A stretch of DNA of 64,000 nt from Candidatus Altiarchaeales archaeon (lineage in GTDB: Archaea > Altiarchaeota > Altiarchaeia > IMC4 > SCGC-AAA252-I15). This document shows, one piece after another, positions 10,094 to 18,758 of the stretch (its first letter is position 1; every line of letters starts with the position of its first letter). The notes under the pieces are model-generated. The model made no database searches. It was given only the letters and a program-made list of their open reading frames with translations, and was not told the origin of the DNA. The position numbers and the translations under genes are program-made. Location of the stretch: positions 256,001 to 320,000 of the forward strand of contig WJMO01000005.1 of the NCBI GenBank assembly GCA_014727915.1, written 5' to 3'.

Positions 10094-11866
10094 ATGCTCA
10101 GGTGGTTGGACGATTATTTCGGCCTACAATGGCTTGCAGGACTATCCATCGCGGTGCTCTTCCTCGCAGCCGGAATACTGACAATCGGCGATTATGGCAT
10201 AACCGTGGACAGCCCGGAGAACTTCCTCTGGGGCGACATATACCTCCGATTCTACCAGTCCTGGAACCCCGCCTACCTGAGGTACGGTGAGGGCGAGAAC
10301 CCGTTGATAGAGTATCCACCAGCACCCACCCACGTATTCGACCATAGGGTGAAATACCGGCCGTGGATGTTCCACCCCGTTGCCAAGATATTCACAGCAT
10401 TCACCCATCAGACGTTCCATGAGCGTCTGGGTTGGCTAGACGACATCGACGCACACCACCTAGGCATACTGGTGATATCCGCGGCCGGCGTATTCGCACT
10501 ATATGCCATGGTCTACGAGGTGTTCGGCTACGCTCCCGCAGTAATATCTGCAGCCTCTCTCGCATTATACCCTCGTTTCATAGCCCACAGCCACAACAAC
10601 GTAAAGGACACGCCAATGACATGTTTCTTCATATTCACCATGTACTGCTTTTGGAAGGCGTTCAACACCAGGGACCTGCGCTGGAGCATACTTGCAGGCA
10701 CTTCGCTTGGCCTATCATTGAACGTCAAGATAAACGCCTACTTCATGCCTCTGATATTCGGGGTTTGGCTGTTCCTCACCTACAAGGGCGGAGAGGGCAC
10801 GGTTATGATGCCCAAATTCACAGTTGAACGGGCGAGCATCAAATACTGCCTCCAGGAGAGGAGATACGACTCCAAGCTCAACATCGCAGTCATAGTAATA
10901 TTGGCGCTGTCCGTGATGTACCTGAGCTGGCCGTACCTATGGGAAAGGCCGCTGGCCAACCTGTTCACGAGCATGCAATTGTTCGCCCAGGGCGGAAAGG
11001 ACATACCCGTTCTCTACAACGGCGTGATATACTCCTCATCAACGGACCTGCCGTTCTACTATGCTCCGCATTACCTGCTGATCGTAACACCCCCCCAAGT
11101 TCTGTTACTATCCGCCCTTGGCATGTTCGAGGCAGGCAGGATCCTTAAGTCAAAGCGGAAACCGGACTCTGACAAGAGGGAGATGATAATCCTCCTCCTG
11201 CTCTGGCTCCTGACCCCCCTCGCAAAGTACATGATACCCGGCACTGTAGTAATCGATGGCATAAGGCATTTCCTGGAGGTGGTGCCGCCTCTCTGCGTAT
11301 TCGCAGGGCTCGGTGGCGGGCTCCTATATGGCAGAGCCAGGGATTACCTGTCCTCTCGCGCTTCTCACCCAAGGATACTGGCAGTTATCCTGGTGATCCT
11401 GCTCTATGCTCCCACGGCATACGCGAACGTGAGACTCCACCCCTACCAGATAGCATACTTCAACTTCCTCGTCGGCGGGGTCAAGGGAGCAGAGGGCAGG
11501 TATGAGATAGGATACTGGGGCACGGCCTTGAAGGAGGCGGCATGGTGGACGTCCCAGTGGAAGACGCCAGACGTTAAGGTGATGGACCCAATGTGGTGGC
11601 ATCTGACCGCATACTACCTCGACATATCCCGGAACCCCGGGGAAAAGAACTACGTCATACTATTGAACGACCCTACAATGCACAACATCTCCTGGTTCAG
11701 CCCCCGCACTCGCAACATCATGGCCTACGTCCTCGAGAACAAGACGCCAGTCCACACAGTCGGCGTCGAAGGAGTGCCACTCGCCTACGTCTACGACGTA
11801 GCCGGGGATGAATTCAAGAACATAGAAGGATACGAAGTCCAAAACTACACTGCCTGCGGTTGCTGA
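10094..11866 (+). CDS. GT-C fold glycosyltransferase (PMT/ArnT-like, GT39/83)
   Basis: Multiple TM helices; DYGITVDS, AHSHNNVKD, DGIRHFL, HPYQIAYFN and YWG motifs. Confidence 0.85.
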   Translation: MLRWLDDYFGLQWLAGLSIAVLFLAAGILTIGDYGITVDSPENFLWGDIYLRFYQSWNPAYLRYGEGENPLIEYPPAPTHVFDHRVKYRPWMFHPVAKIFTAFTHQTFHERLGWLDDIDAHHLGILVISAAGVFALYAMVYEVFGYAPAVISAASLALYPRFIAHSHNNVKDTPMTCFFIFTMYCFWKAFNTRDLRWSILAGTSLGLSLNVKINAYFMPLIFGVWLFLTYKGGEGTVMMPKFTVERASIKYCLQERRYDSKLNIAVIVILALSVMYLSWPYLWERPLANLFTSMQLFAQGGKDIPVLYNGVIYSSSTDLPFYYAPHYLLIVTPPQVLLLSALGMFEAGRILKSKRKPDSDKREMIILLLLWLLTPLAKYMIPGTVVIDGIRHFLEVVPPLCVFAGLGGGLLYGRARDYLSSRASHPRILAVILVILLYAPTAYANVRLHPYQIAYFNFLVGGVKGAEGRYEIGYWGTALKEAAWWTSQWKTPDVKVMDPMWWHLTAYYLDISRNPGEKNYVILLNDPTMHNISWFSPRTRNIMAYVLENKTPVHTVGVEGVPLAYVYDVAGDEFKNIEGYEVQNYTACGC

Positions 11867-11900
11867 CAAAACCACCCCCCAAAAACAGGCTCCAAATAGT

Positions 11901-12284
11901 TCACGCTTTCAGTATTCTTATCGCTAGGTGGGCTGCGTTTTTCCCGTTGTCCACTCCCACCGCCGCCACTGGAACCCCCGGCGGCATCTGCACCACTGCT
12001 AATAGGGCGTCCATTCCCCCGAGCTTCGCGTCCACGGGAACGCCAATAACAGGTTTGGCGGTCTTGGACGCGACCACCCCCGGAAGGGCTGCTGAAAGCC
12101 CGGCTATGCATATGAAAACCCTAGCGTCCGTATTCTCCACTATCTCATCCAAACGGTCTGGCTCCCTGTGGGCGCTGCAGTATTCGACCTTATGGTCTGT
12201 CTTGTTCTCCTTGAGCACTTCCTCGGCCTTCTCCACTATCTTCCGGTCGGATTCGCTCCCCGCTATTATTAAAACGTCGACCAT
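11901..12284 (-). CDS. purE: AIR carboxylase / N5-CAIR mutase
   Basis: [28 protein letters not shown] and QMPPGVPVA motifs. Confidence 0.95.
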   Translation of the reverse strand: MVDVLIIAGSESDRKIVEKAEEVLKENKTDHKVEYCSAHREPDRLDEIVENTDARVFICIAGLSAALPGVVASKTAKPVIGVPVDAKLGGMDALLAVVQMPPGVPVAAVGVDNGKNAAHLAIRILKA

Positions 12285-12301
12285 AATAGGTTAAAGGTAA
12301 A

Positions 12302-13066
12302 ATGGCTATTAAAGTAGCTCTCTTGGGCGCTGGAAGGATGGGCCGGGCAGCGGCAAAGAAGATAGTCGAGGCAGGGGACATTGAAATTGTCGCAGCATAC
12401 GACCTAAAACCCGGAGGTCCTGTTGAAGGGGTCAAAGTCCAGGACATAAAAGAGCTTGACGGCGGTCTTGACGGCGTTGACGTCGCTGTGGACTTCACCC
12501 TGCCAAGCGCATGCTGCGAGAACGCTAAGACAATATCCGATGCTGGCGTGAAGCTTGTGGTTGGCACCACCGGCTTCGACGAAGGTCAGATGAAGAAGCT
12601 GAAGGATATGGTGGAACCCGTAGGTGCTGTGATATCCCCGAACATGAGCGTCGGCGTCAACGTGTTCTGGCAGCTCGTCGGCGAAGCGGCTGAAAAGTTC
12701 AAAGGCTACGACATCGAGGTTGTCGAAGCCCATCACAGGTTCAAGAAGGACGCGCCAAGCGGCACGGCATTGAAAGCCGTCGAGAGGATATGCGAGGCCT
12801 CCGGCAGGGATGTGAGAGGTGATGTGGTCTATGGGAGGGAGGGCGAGTGCCCCCGGCGTGAGGGGGAGATCGGCGTTCACAGCATACGTGCCGGCGACAT
12901 AGTTGGAGAACACACGGTAATATTCTCCACATTGGGCGAACGGTTCGAGATACGCCACCAAGCCCATTCACGCGAAAGCTTCGCGTCTGGGATACCTGAT
13001 GCGATAAGGTTCATAAAGGCCAGGAAAGGGGTTTATGACATGCAGGATGTGCTGGGATTGAGATGA
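12302..13066 (+). CDS. dapB: 4-hydroxy-tetrahydrodipicolinate reductase
   Basis: GAGRMG, DFT, GTTG, PNMSVGVN and EAHHRFKKDAPSGTA motifs. Confidence 0.95.
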   Translation: MAIKVALLGAGRMGRAAAKKIVEAGDIEIVAAYDLKPGGPVEGVKVQDIKELDGGLDGVDVAVDFTLPSACCENAKTISDAGVKLVVGTTGFDEGQMKKLKDMVEPVGAVISPNMSVGVNVFWQLVGEAAEKFKGYDIEVVEAHHRFKKDAPSGTALKAVERICEASGRDVRGDVVYGREGECPRREGEIGVHSIRAGDIVGEHTVIFSTLGERFEIRHQAHSRESFASGIPDAIRFIKARKGVYDMQDVLGLR

Positions 13067-13632
13067 AGGTGCTCGGCATAAACGGAAGCCATCGCAGGGA
13101 CGGCAACACGCATCTGATGCTCGGAAAGGCCTTGGAAGTCTGCGAAAGAAACGGATTTGACACGGAACAGGTAAACCTCGCCGACCTGGAATTGGGCTAT
13201 TGCACCGTCTGCGATGCCTGCAAGTCCGAGTTCACCTGCAGCCTGGAAGATGATGTGATGGGTGTTCTTGAGAAGATGGCCTCAGCAGACGCTATCCTAG
13301 TCGCCACGCCGGTCTACTTCGGCGGGGTCACCGGGAGGCTGCGCACTTTATTCGACCGGACCCTGCCCCTCAGGCGGAACGGTCTCATGCTTTCAGGCAA
13401 GCTGGGAGCCGCCCTGGCTGTGGGTGGAAGCCGTAACGGAGGCCAGGAGATGAGCATACAGCAGATACACGCCTGGATGCTCATCCAGGAGATGGCAATA
13501 GTGGGGGACATGAAGACGGCCCACTTCGGGGGCATAGCCACCGCTCACAAGCCTGCAACCGTTGAAGCTGACGAGACCGGGATGAATACAGTGCTGAACA
13601 CCGCCGAGAACATATGCCGGCGGCTTAAATAG
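13063..13632 (+). CDS. Iron-sulfur flavoprotein (Isf)/flavodoxin family
   Basis: GINGSHRRDGNT, CxxCxxCxxxxxC, TPVYFG and GSRNGGQE motifs. Confidence 0.9.
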   Translation: MKVLGINGSHRRDGNTHLMLGKALEVCERNGFDTEQVNLADLELGYCTVCDACKSEFTCSLEDDVMGVLEKMASADAILVATPVYFGGVTGRLRTLFDRTLPLRRNGLMLSGKLGAALAVGGSRNGGQEMSIQQIHAWMLIQEMAIVGDMKTAHFGGIATAHKPATVEADETGMNTVLNTAENICRRLK

Positions 13633-13638
13633 GGTAAA

Positions 13639-14244
13639 TTACCTCCTGCATTCGTCTCTGAAGTTCTCGAGTATCCTCAGCCCGTTGTCGCCGCTCTTCT
13701 CCGGGTGGAATTGGGTGGCGTGAACGTTCCCTTCGCTGATCACCGACGGGAAGGTCCGCCCGTATTCGGTTTCGCCCGCAACCACCCAAACAGAGTTAGG
13801 CATTACATGGTATGAGTGGACGAAGTAGAAGTAGCTCCCGTCCTCCACTCCCTCCAGCAACGGGGTTTCCCTCACCCTCCTCACGGTATTCCATCCCATG
13901 TGTGGAACTTTCAAACCGCCCGTGAACTTCCGGCAGGTTCCCCTGAACAGTCCGAGGCCCCCGACTCCCGGGTTCTCCTCGCTGGACTCGAATATCAACT
14001 GTATCCCGAGACAGACTCCGAGGAAGGGCGTGCCCGAATCGACGGCATCCTCTATCGATGGTTTGAACGCTTTCACCTTCTCCATTGCGTCGCCGAAAGC
14101 CCCCACACCCGGCAGAACGATACCGTCCGCGTCCCCGATCATTCCAGGGTCTTCAACGAGCTTCAAATCCGCCCCGACCTTCCTCAGCCCGTTGCTTATG
14201 CTTCTGAGGTTCCCGGCTCCGTAGTCTATCACAGCAATCATCAT
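13639..14244 (-). CDS. hisH: Imidazole glycerol phosphate synthase glutaminase subunit
   Basis: DYGAGNL, PGVGAF, GVCLGIQ, PHMGWN, YFVHSY and QFHPEKS motifs. Confidence 0.96.
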   Translation of the reverse strand: MMIAVIDYGAGNLRSISNGLRKVGADLKLVEDPGMIGDADGIVLPGVGAFGDAMEKVKAFKPSIEDAVDSGTPFLGVCLGIQLIFESSEENPGVGGLGLFRGTCRKFTGGLKVPHMGWNTVRRVRETPLLEGVEDGSYFYFVHSYHVMPNSVWVVAGETEYGRTFPSVISEGNVHATQFHPEKSGDNGLRILENFRDECRR

Positions 14245-14280
14245 GGCCTTAATTTATGTGTGTTCTCTATCTTTAATACG

Positions 14281-15252
14281 ATGAGCAGACCTCCTGCCGA
14301 GAGACCCCCCGGCGAAGGCGCCCCGTTGGAGCGGGCTCCAAAGGCATGGGAGTACCCTGGACTGGATGCTCGTCTTCTGAAGTTCGTGAAGCGGGAAGGG
14401 CAGGTTGGGTTCCGGCGGCGTGCCCACGACATAGACGACTCTGGCTACGTGGAGATAGGCGGCCTCAAATACATGGTGTTGGAAAACATCAATTCGCCCC
14501 GTTTTAGCTTCACAGTGCCGATGGGCCTTAACGCATTATTTGACAGATCCTGCAAGGCTATGGGTGTTGTGGGCGCTGGGGGTAGTGTCTGCTTCGCAGG
14601 CCCGGTGGACGTAAAAAATCTCGAATCTGCGGGAATCACATTCGACGGTGGTATCAGCAGCTGGGGTTCCGTCCACGCGAGAGAGGGCGAGATAAAGGGC
14701 CGGGGCGACATAATCGCAGAACAGGTTAAGGCAAGATCGAACATCGGCGTATATGGTTCCGTCAGCGCTCAGCTGGTGATGTCCCTGGACGGGTTCCTGT
14801 CAGCGGACTCTGTTCGGGGCGAGGCTATCCTCGGAAGCCGCGGAGTCCTCGCCATGAACGGTAGCCTCGAATACCCCAACGAGGCGAACACCGATGTCAG
14901 GCGGATATGTTTGGTCTGGAGCAGGGATGGGAGAATATACTCAAAGGGCGGCATAAGAACCGGAAGCATCTGCTCATCCCAGGACATACTCACCTCAGAG
15001 GGTGACTTGCAGATAGAAAAGGACGCCTTCTGCATCTCAGCTAATATAAAGGGCCGGGTCGTGAACTCGAAGGGCGAGGACGCTTCAACCAACCTATACT
15101 CCAGACGCGGCGGCCAGATACTAGACGAGTATGACCGGAAAGTCATGGTGCCAGCAAGGGATGTGGATCCAGACGACCTCTACCGGAAGGTGGAGCGGTC
15201 CCCCTTCGCATGGGATAGGTGGGAGCAGTACTACACTCGCTATACTGACTGA
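14281..15252 (+). CDS. Orphan protein with a beta-helix-like (bactofilin/DUF342-like) repeat region
   Basis: Real start ATG at 14281; the upstream part of the track ORF is antisense to hisH. Recurring G-x-I/V-x-A turns. Confidence 0.7.
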   Translation: MSRPPAERPPGEGAPLERAPKAWEYPGLDARLLKFVKREGQVGFRRRAHDIDDSGYVEIGGLKYMVLENINSPRFSFTVPMGLNALFDRSCKAMGVVGAGGSVCFAGPVDVKNLESAGITFDGGISSWGSVHAREGEIKGRGDIIAEQVKARSNIGVYGSVSAQLVMSLDGFLSADSVRGEAILGSRGVLAMNGSLEYPNEANTDVRRICLVWSRDGRIYSKGGIRTGSICSSQDILTSEGDLQIEKDAFCISANIKGRVVNSKGEDASTNLYSRRGGQILDEYDRKVMVPARDVDPDDLYRKVERSPFAWDRWEQYYTRYTD

Positions 15253-15974
15253 TATGCCTTGACTGCGCTGATTATCCTCGCTAGCATCATCGGGTCCCGC
15301 TCAGCTATAGTCCCGGTGACTATCACGTCCGCGCCCGCTTCCACGACCTCAACCACTGAATCGGGTGTTCTCATGCCCCCTCCAACGATCAAGGGGACGG
15401 AGATCTCGCCTCTTACTGTTCTCACCATCTCAACCGGCACTGGCTTGTCGGCTCCGCTGCCAGCCTCCAGGTAAACGCAGCTCATCCCATAGTATTCGGC
15501 GGTAAGCGAGTAGGCGACCGCTTTATCAATGTCTTCCTCTCCTATCCTGTCGACCTCTCCCACTTTCTCGACAGTCGTGGGTTCCCTGCTTGTCGATATT
15601 ACAACATAACCCATTGGTATAGGATCAACGCCCATCTTCTTCAGATGGGGTGCTGCTTTCATCTGCTCGCCCACGAGGAACCTCCTGTTCTTGCTGTTCA
15701 TGAGCATCATCCAGAATATGTGGTCCGCGTGTGCGCTCACCCCCGCGGCAGTGCTGGGGAAAAGGATAGTGGGCAGGTTGCATGACCGTCTTATGGCTTT
15801 TGTGACTGTGTCCGTCACCTCATTCCCAGCGGTGGACCCCCCGACCATTATCGCATCGGACCCGTATTCTTCCGCTTTGGCCGCGAGCTCCCCCGCATTC
15901 CCCGGGCTCTGATTGTCGGGGTCTATAAGCGTGAAATGGGTTTTTCCGCCTTTCAGGATATCTTGCAGGTCCAT
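15240..15974 (-). CDS. Geranylgeranylglyceryl phosphate synthase
   Basis: HFTLIDPD, IMVGGST, YLEAGSGA, LIVGGGMR and GADVIVTGT motifs. Confidence 0.93.
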   Translation of the reverse strand: MDLQDILKGGKTHFTLIDPDNQSPGNAGELAAKAEEYGSDAIMVGGSTAGNEVTDTVTKAIRRSCNLPTILFPSTAAGVSAHADHIFWMMLMNSKNRRFLVGEQMKAAPHLKKMGVDPIPMGYVVISTSREPTTVEKVGEVDRIGEEDIDKAVAYSLTAEYYGMSCVYLEAGSGADKPVPVEMVRTVRGEISVPLIVGGGMRTPDSVVEVVEAGADVIVTGTIAERDPMMLARIISAVKAYQSV

Positions 15975-16010
15975 GAGGAAAAGTATGGGTTTTCAGGTAA
16001 AAAATACGTT

Positions 16011-16823
16011 TCAGCGGGTGAATTTGGGCCCCGCCCTCCTGAATTCCCTTATCTTCTGCGGCTTTAGCTTCCCATCATAGTCGTATAGCACCACCCTCTC
16101 CTCCACCCAGTCTGCCTCGGGTTTATCGCATTTTTCGCCCTGCCTGCACCGTTCTCTAGCATGGGATAGCCTTTGGACACGCGCCTGCTGGACTTGGGTC
16201 CGCTCCTCGTCGAATTCGAAATGCCAGTCGACGTGGAGGTTGACATCCCTCCCGTGGGTGATATCCCGCACCAGTTCAACCAGTAGTTCAGGGTTTGTCA
16301 CCTTGATCTTCTTAGGCTCCGCTGGCGCCCCTCCCTCGCCCGCGTCCAAAGGCACTGTGCCTGCAGCTGGTGATGCCAAAGGCACTGTGCCTGCAGCTGG
16401 TGATGCCAAAGGCACTGTGCCTGCAGCTGGTGATGCCAATGATGTTGTGCCTGCAGCCGGTGATGTTGCACCCTCTGATGATGTTGCCGTTGAAGCCGGC
16501 CCTCCCGCAGTCTCAGCCGGTATCTCCCTATCCGACCGTAGCTCGACCATAACTTCGCTTTCTCCCGTATTGATCCTCACTCCAAGATGGCTTACCCCAT
16601 CGCCTGGCACCACCTCGAACCGGCTGAACGTTACTGTCTTGGGATAGTCTGCCTTTAACTTCGCCTCACGCTCCCTGTAGGTTTCGGCCAGTAGCTTGTC
16701 CGCTCCGCCGGGGGTGACCTGCTTGAGCCCTTCCATCACTTCCTCGATCCTCTGAGGCGGCTGTGCGGTGTCATGTGCTGGTTGCTCGGCTGCGTGCGCT
16801 TCCTGCGGTGGCGGGCTTGGCAT
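16011..16823 (-). CDS. Orphan protein with a Pro/Gln-rich N-terminus and an internal 10-aa tandem repeat
   Basis: 270-aa ORF co-oriented between egsA and GGGPS. Confidence 0.7.
   Translation of the reverse strand: MPSPPPQEAHAAEQPAHDTAQPPQRIEEVMEGLKQVTPGGADKLLAETYREREAKLKADYPKTVTFSRFEVVPGDGVSHLGVRINTGESEVMVELRSDREIPAETAGGPASTATSSEGATSPAAGTTSLASPAAGTVPLASPAAGTVPLASPAAGTVPLDAGEGGAPAEPKKIKVTNPELLVELVRDITHGRDVNLHVDWHFEFDEERTQVQQARVQRLSHARERCRQGEKCDKPEADWVEERVVLYDYDGKLKPQKIREFRRAGPKFTR
16346..16465. repeat. 30-bp tandem repeat, 3 near-perfect copies plus 1 degenerate copy
   Basis: Unit GGCACTGTGCCTGCAGCTGGTGATGCCAAA, encoding LASPAAGTVP on the minus strand. Confidence 0.95.
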
Positions 16824-16853
16824 ATACTATTTCAGGATGAAAAACGTTATAAA

Positions 16854-17861
16854 TCAAATCACGCCGCTCTCTTCCGCTGCCTGGCGGGCTTTTCCCTCGG
16901 TGATACCTGCCCGGAGGATGGTGTGCCGTTCCCTGACTTCATGGGCTTTCACAAGCGCTTCCACTATCAAGTCCTCGCCTATCCTCAGGTCCTTTGCGTT
17001 TGTAGGGGCTTTGCATTTCTTCAGCGCGTTCCTTATCCTCCTCCACTCCGCGTCGTGCAGGTAGGCCATCACTATCGCTCCCACACCGCACTGTTCCCCG
17101 TGCAGTGCGGGCTCCTCGCAGATGATGTCCAGTGTGTGGCTGAACATGTGCTCGCTCCCGCTGCATGGGCGTGAAGAGCCTGCGATGCCTATGGCGACAC
17201 CGGATGAAATCAGCGCTTCGACGAGGACGCTGATGTCATCATATATGTCCTGCGCCTTATTCATGACTATCTCGGCGCTCATGCTCGAGAGTGCCGCGGC
17301 GTAGTCTCCGTAGTATTCTCCCTTCTCGTCGTGGGCGAGCTTCCAGTCCAGGACCGCGGTGTAGTTGGATATGGCGTCCGCGCACCCGGAGGCGAGCAGC
17401 CGCCTGGGGGCTTTGGCTATTATCTTGGTGTCGCATATGACTCCCAGCGGGCAGTGCACTCCCACAGACAATGGCCTGTCCCTCTTCAAAGACGCCTGGG
17501 GCGAGGCTATGCCGTCGTGGCTTGCGGATGTCGGGACGCTGATGAGAGGCAGCTTGCTCTCGAAGGAGATTATCTTGCTCGCGTCCAGGATCTTGCCCCC
17601 TCCGACGCCGACCACGTACTGGGCATTATCCCTCTTGACCTTCTCTTTCAGCTCGTCTAGTGTCTTGTCCGTAACGTCCTCGGCTATTGTGACTTCGCCG
17701 TTGACTTCGACCGCGACGGTCTCTCCCGCGATCTCTCCCGTCTTTTCGTCGCAGAGTATCAGGGGCTTCCCTTGAAGGTCGAGTTCTGCGACTACTTCGT
17801 CCACCTCGTAGACTGCGTCTTCCCCTACCAGGACTTTCCGGGGGAGTTCGATGTTCTTCAT
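16854..17861 (-). CDS. egsA: sn-glycerol-1-phosphate dehydrogenase
   Basis: GVGGGK, PTSASHDGIAS, SSRPCSGSEHMFSH and HGEQCG motifs. Confidence 0.95.
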   Translation of the reverse strand: MKNIELPRKVLVGEDAVYEVDEVVAELDLQGKPLILCDEKTGEIAGETVAVEVNGEVTIAEDVTDKTLDELKEKVKRDNAQYVVGVGGGKILDASKIISFESKLPLISVPTSASHDGIASPQASLKRDRPLSVGVHCPLGVICDTKIIAKAPRRLLASGCADAISNYTAVLDWKLAHDEKGEYYGDYAAALSSMSAEIVMNKAQDIYDDISVLVEALISSGVAIGIAGSSRPCSGSEHMFSHTLDIICEEPALHGEQCGVGAIVMAYLHDAEWRRIRNALKKCKAPTNAKDLRIGEDLIVEALVKAHEVRERHTILRAGITEGKARQAAEESGVI

Positions 17862-18154
17862 AGTAGCGAGATTATCTGCGCGTGCTTGACCCCGCAGACT
17901 TTGACCGTGTTCTCCTCGTCTATCAGCTTTCGTCTCACGGCGACTTCGACTATCCCGTCACCCATTAGGTTGGCTATGCTGGCTTCTCTGACCAGCTCCA
18001 TGAACTGTTCCTCAGTCACTTCCTCGCCGCCGTAGAACCTTTCGTTGACGTGTATCTCCAGCTCTCCGTCAGTGTATCTCTCTCCTAGGATGTCTTGGTC
18101 GCACGCAGCCAACAGGGTGTCGCTGCCCAGCCTATGGACCTTTGCGGAGTACAT
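17858..18154 (-). CDS. DUF424 family protein
   Basis: LLAACD.DILG, FYGG, ANLMG and GVKHAQ motifs; typical neighbour of aIF2-beta. Confidence 0.9.
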   Translation of the reverse strand: MYSAKVHRLGSDTLLAACDQDILGERYTDGELEIHVNERFYGGEEVTEEQFMELVREASIANLMGDGIVEVAVRRKLIDEENTVKVCGVKHAQIISLL

Positions 18155-18162
18155 GCTATCGT

Positions 18163-18582
18163 CTATTTTATCCTGCGCATCGGCCACCATCCTCCGCAGG
18201 CTTCGCATTTGATTATCTTCTGCCCTTCCAGCTCCCCGGTTTTCGTGTCGGGCCTACCGCACTCGTGGCAGATGACGTATTCTTTCGCGTACTCGTTGAG
18301 GCGGTCTCCGACTATGTTAGTCTTAAGCTTCCTCTGTATTATCGCCCTGTTTGTCTCCAGGTTAGCGGGAGCTGCCAGCTCCTTTGAGAGGAACTTGAGC
18401 ACGTGCTCTGGCTTCCGCCCCATCGCGGTCGTTATCTCGTTGAAGTTCCTGATGATTGTGGTGTTCCCCTCTATGAAAGTGTCTGCTGCGGGTATCTCGA
18501 AGCGCTCGTGCTTTTTCAGCTTCTCCGGCAGCCCGGTCCACACCCGCTCTAGCAGTTTGTCATACTCGTATCTGCTGTCCAT
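18163..18582 (-). CDS. eif2b: Translation initiation factor 2 beta subunit
   Basis: ERFEIP, NF.EI, KFLSKEL and the CHECGRPDT...CEACG zinc ribbon. Confidence 0.95.
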   Translation of the reverse strand: MDSRYEYDKLLERVWTGLPEKLKKHERFEIPAADTFIEGNTTIIRNFNEITTAMGRKPEHVLKFLSKELAAPANLETNRAIIQRKLKTNIVGDRLNEYAKEYVICHECGRPDTKTGELEGQKIIKCEACGGWWPMRRIK

Positions 18583-18758
18583 GGTAGGTTGATACTATAG
18601 TAGAGCCTTAAATAAAAGGTAAAAGGGGTTCCTCCTCCACGGTGAAAACATCCAAAAACACAAACAACTTGTACAATGTTCAAAACGGTTGTTTTGGGCG
18701 TTTTCTTCAGTATTTAAGCAAAAAACGACGATATTTAACAATAGGTGTCTCCCCTAAA

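Noticed and set aside
13816-14280. N-terminal 155 aa of the 478-aa track ORF
   Set aside because: It is the antisense shadow of hisH; the credible start is the ATG at 14281.
16346-16465. 30-bp repeats as a CRISPR array
   Set aside because: The units are head-to-tail with no spacers, are in frame within a CDS, and no cas genes are present.
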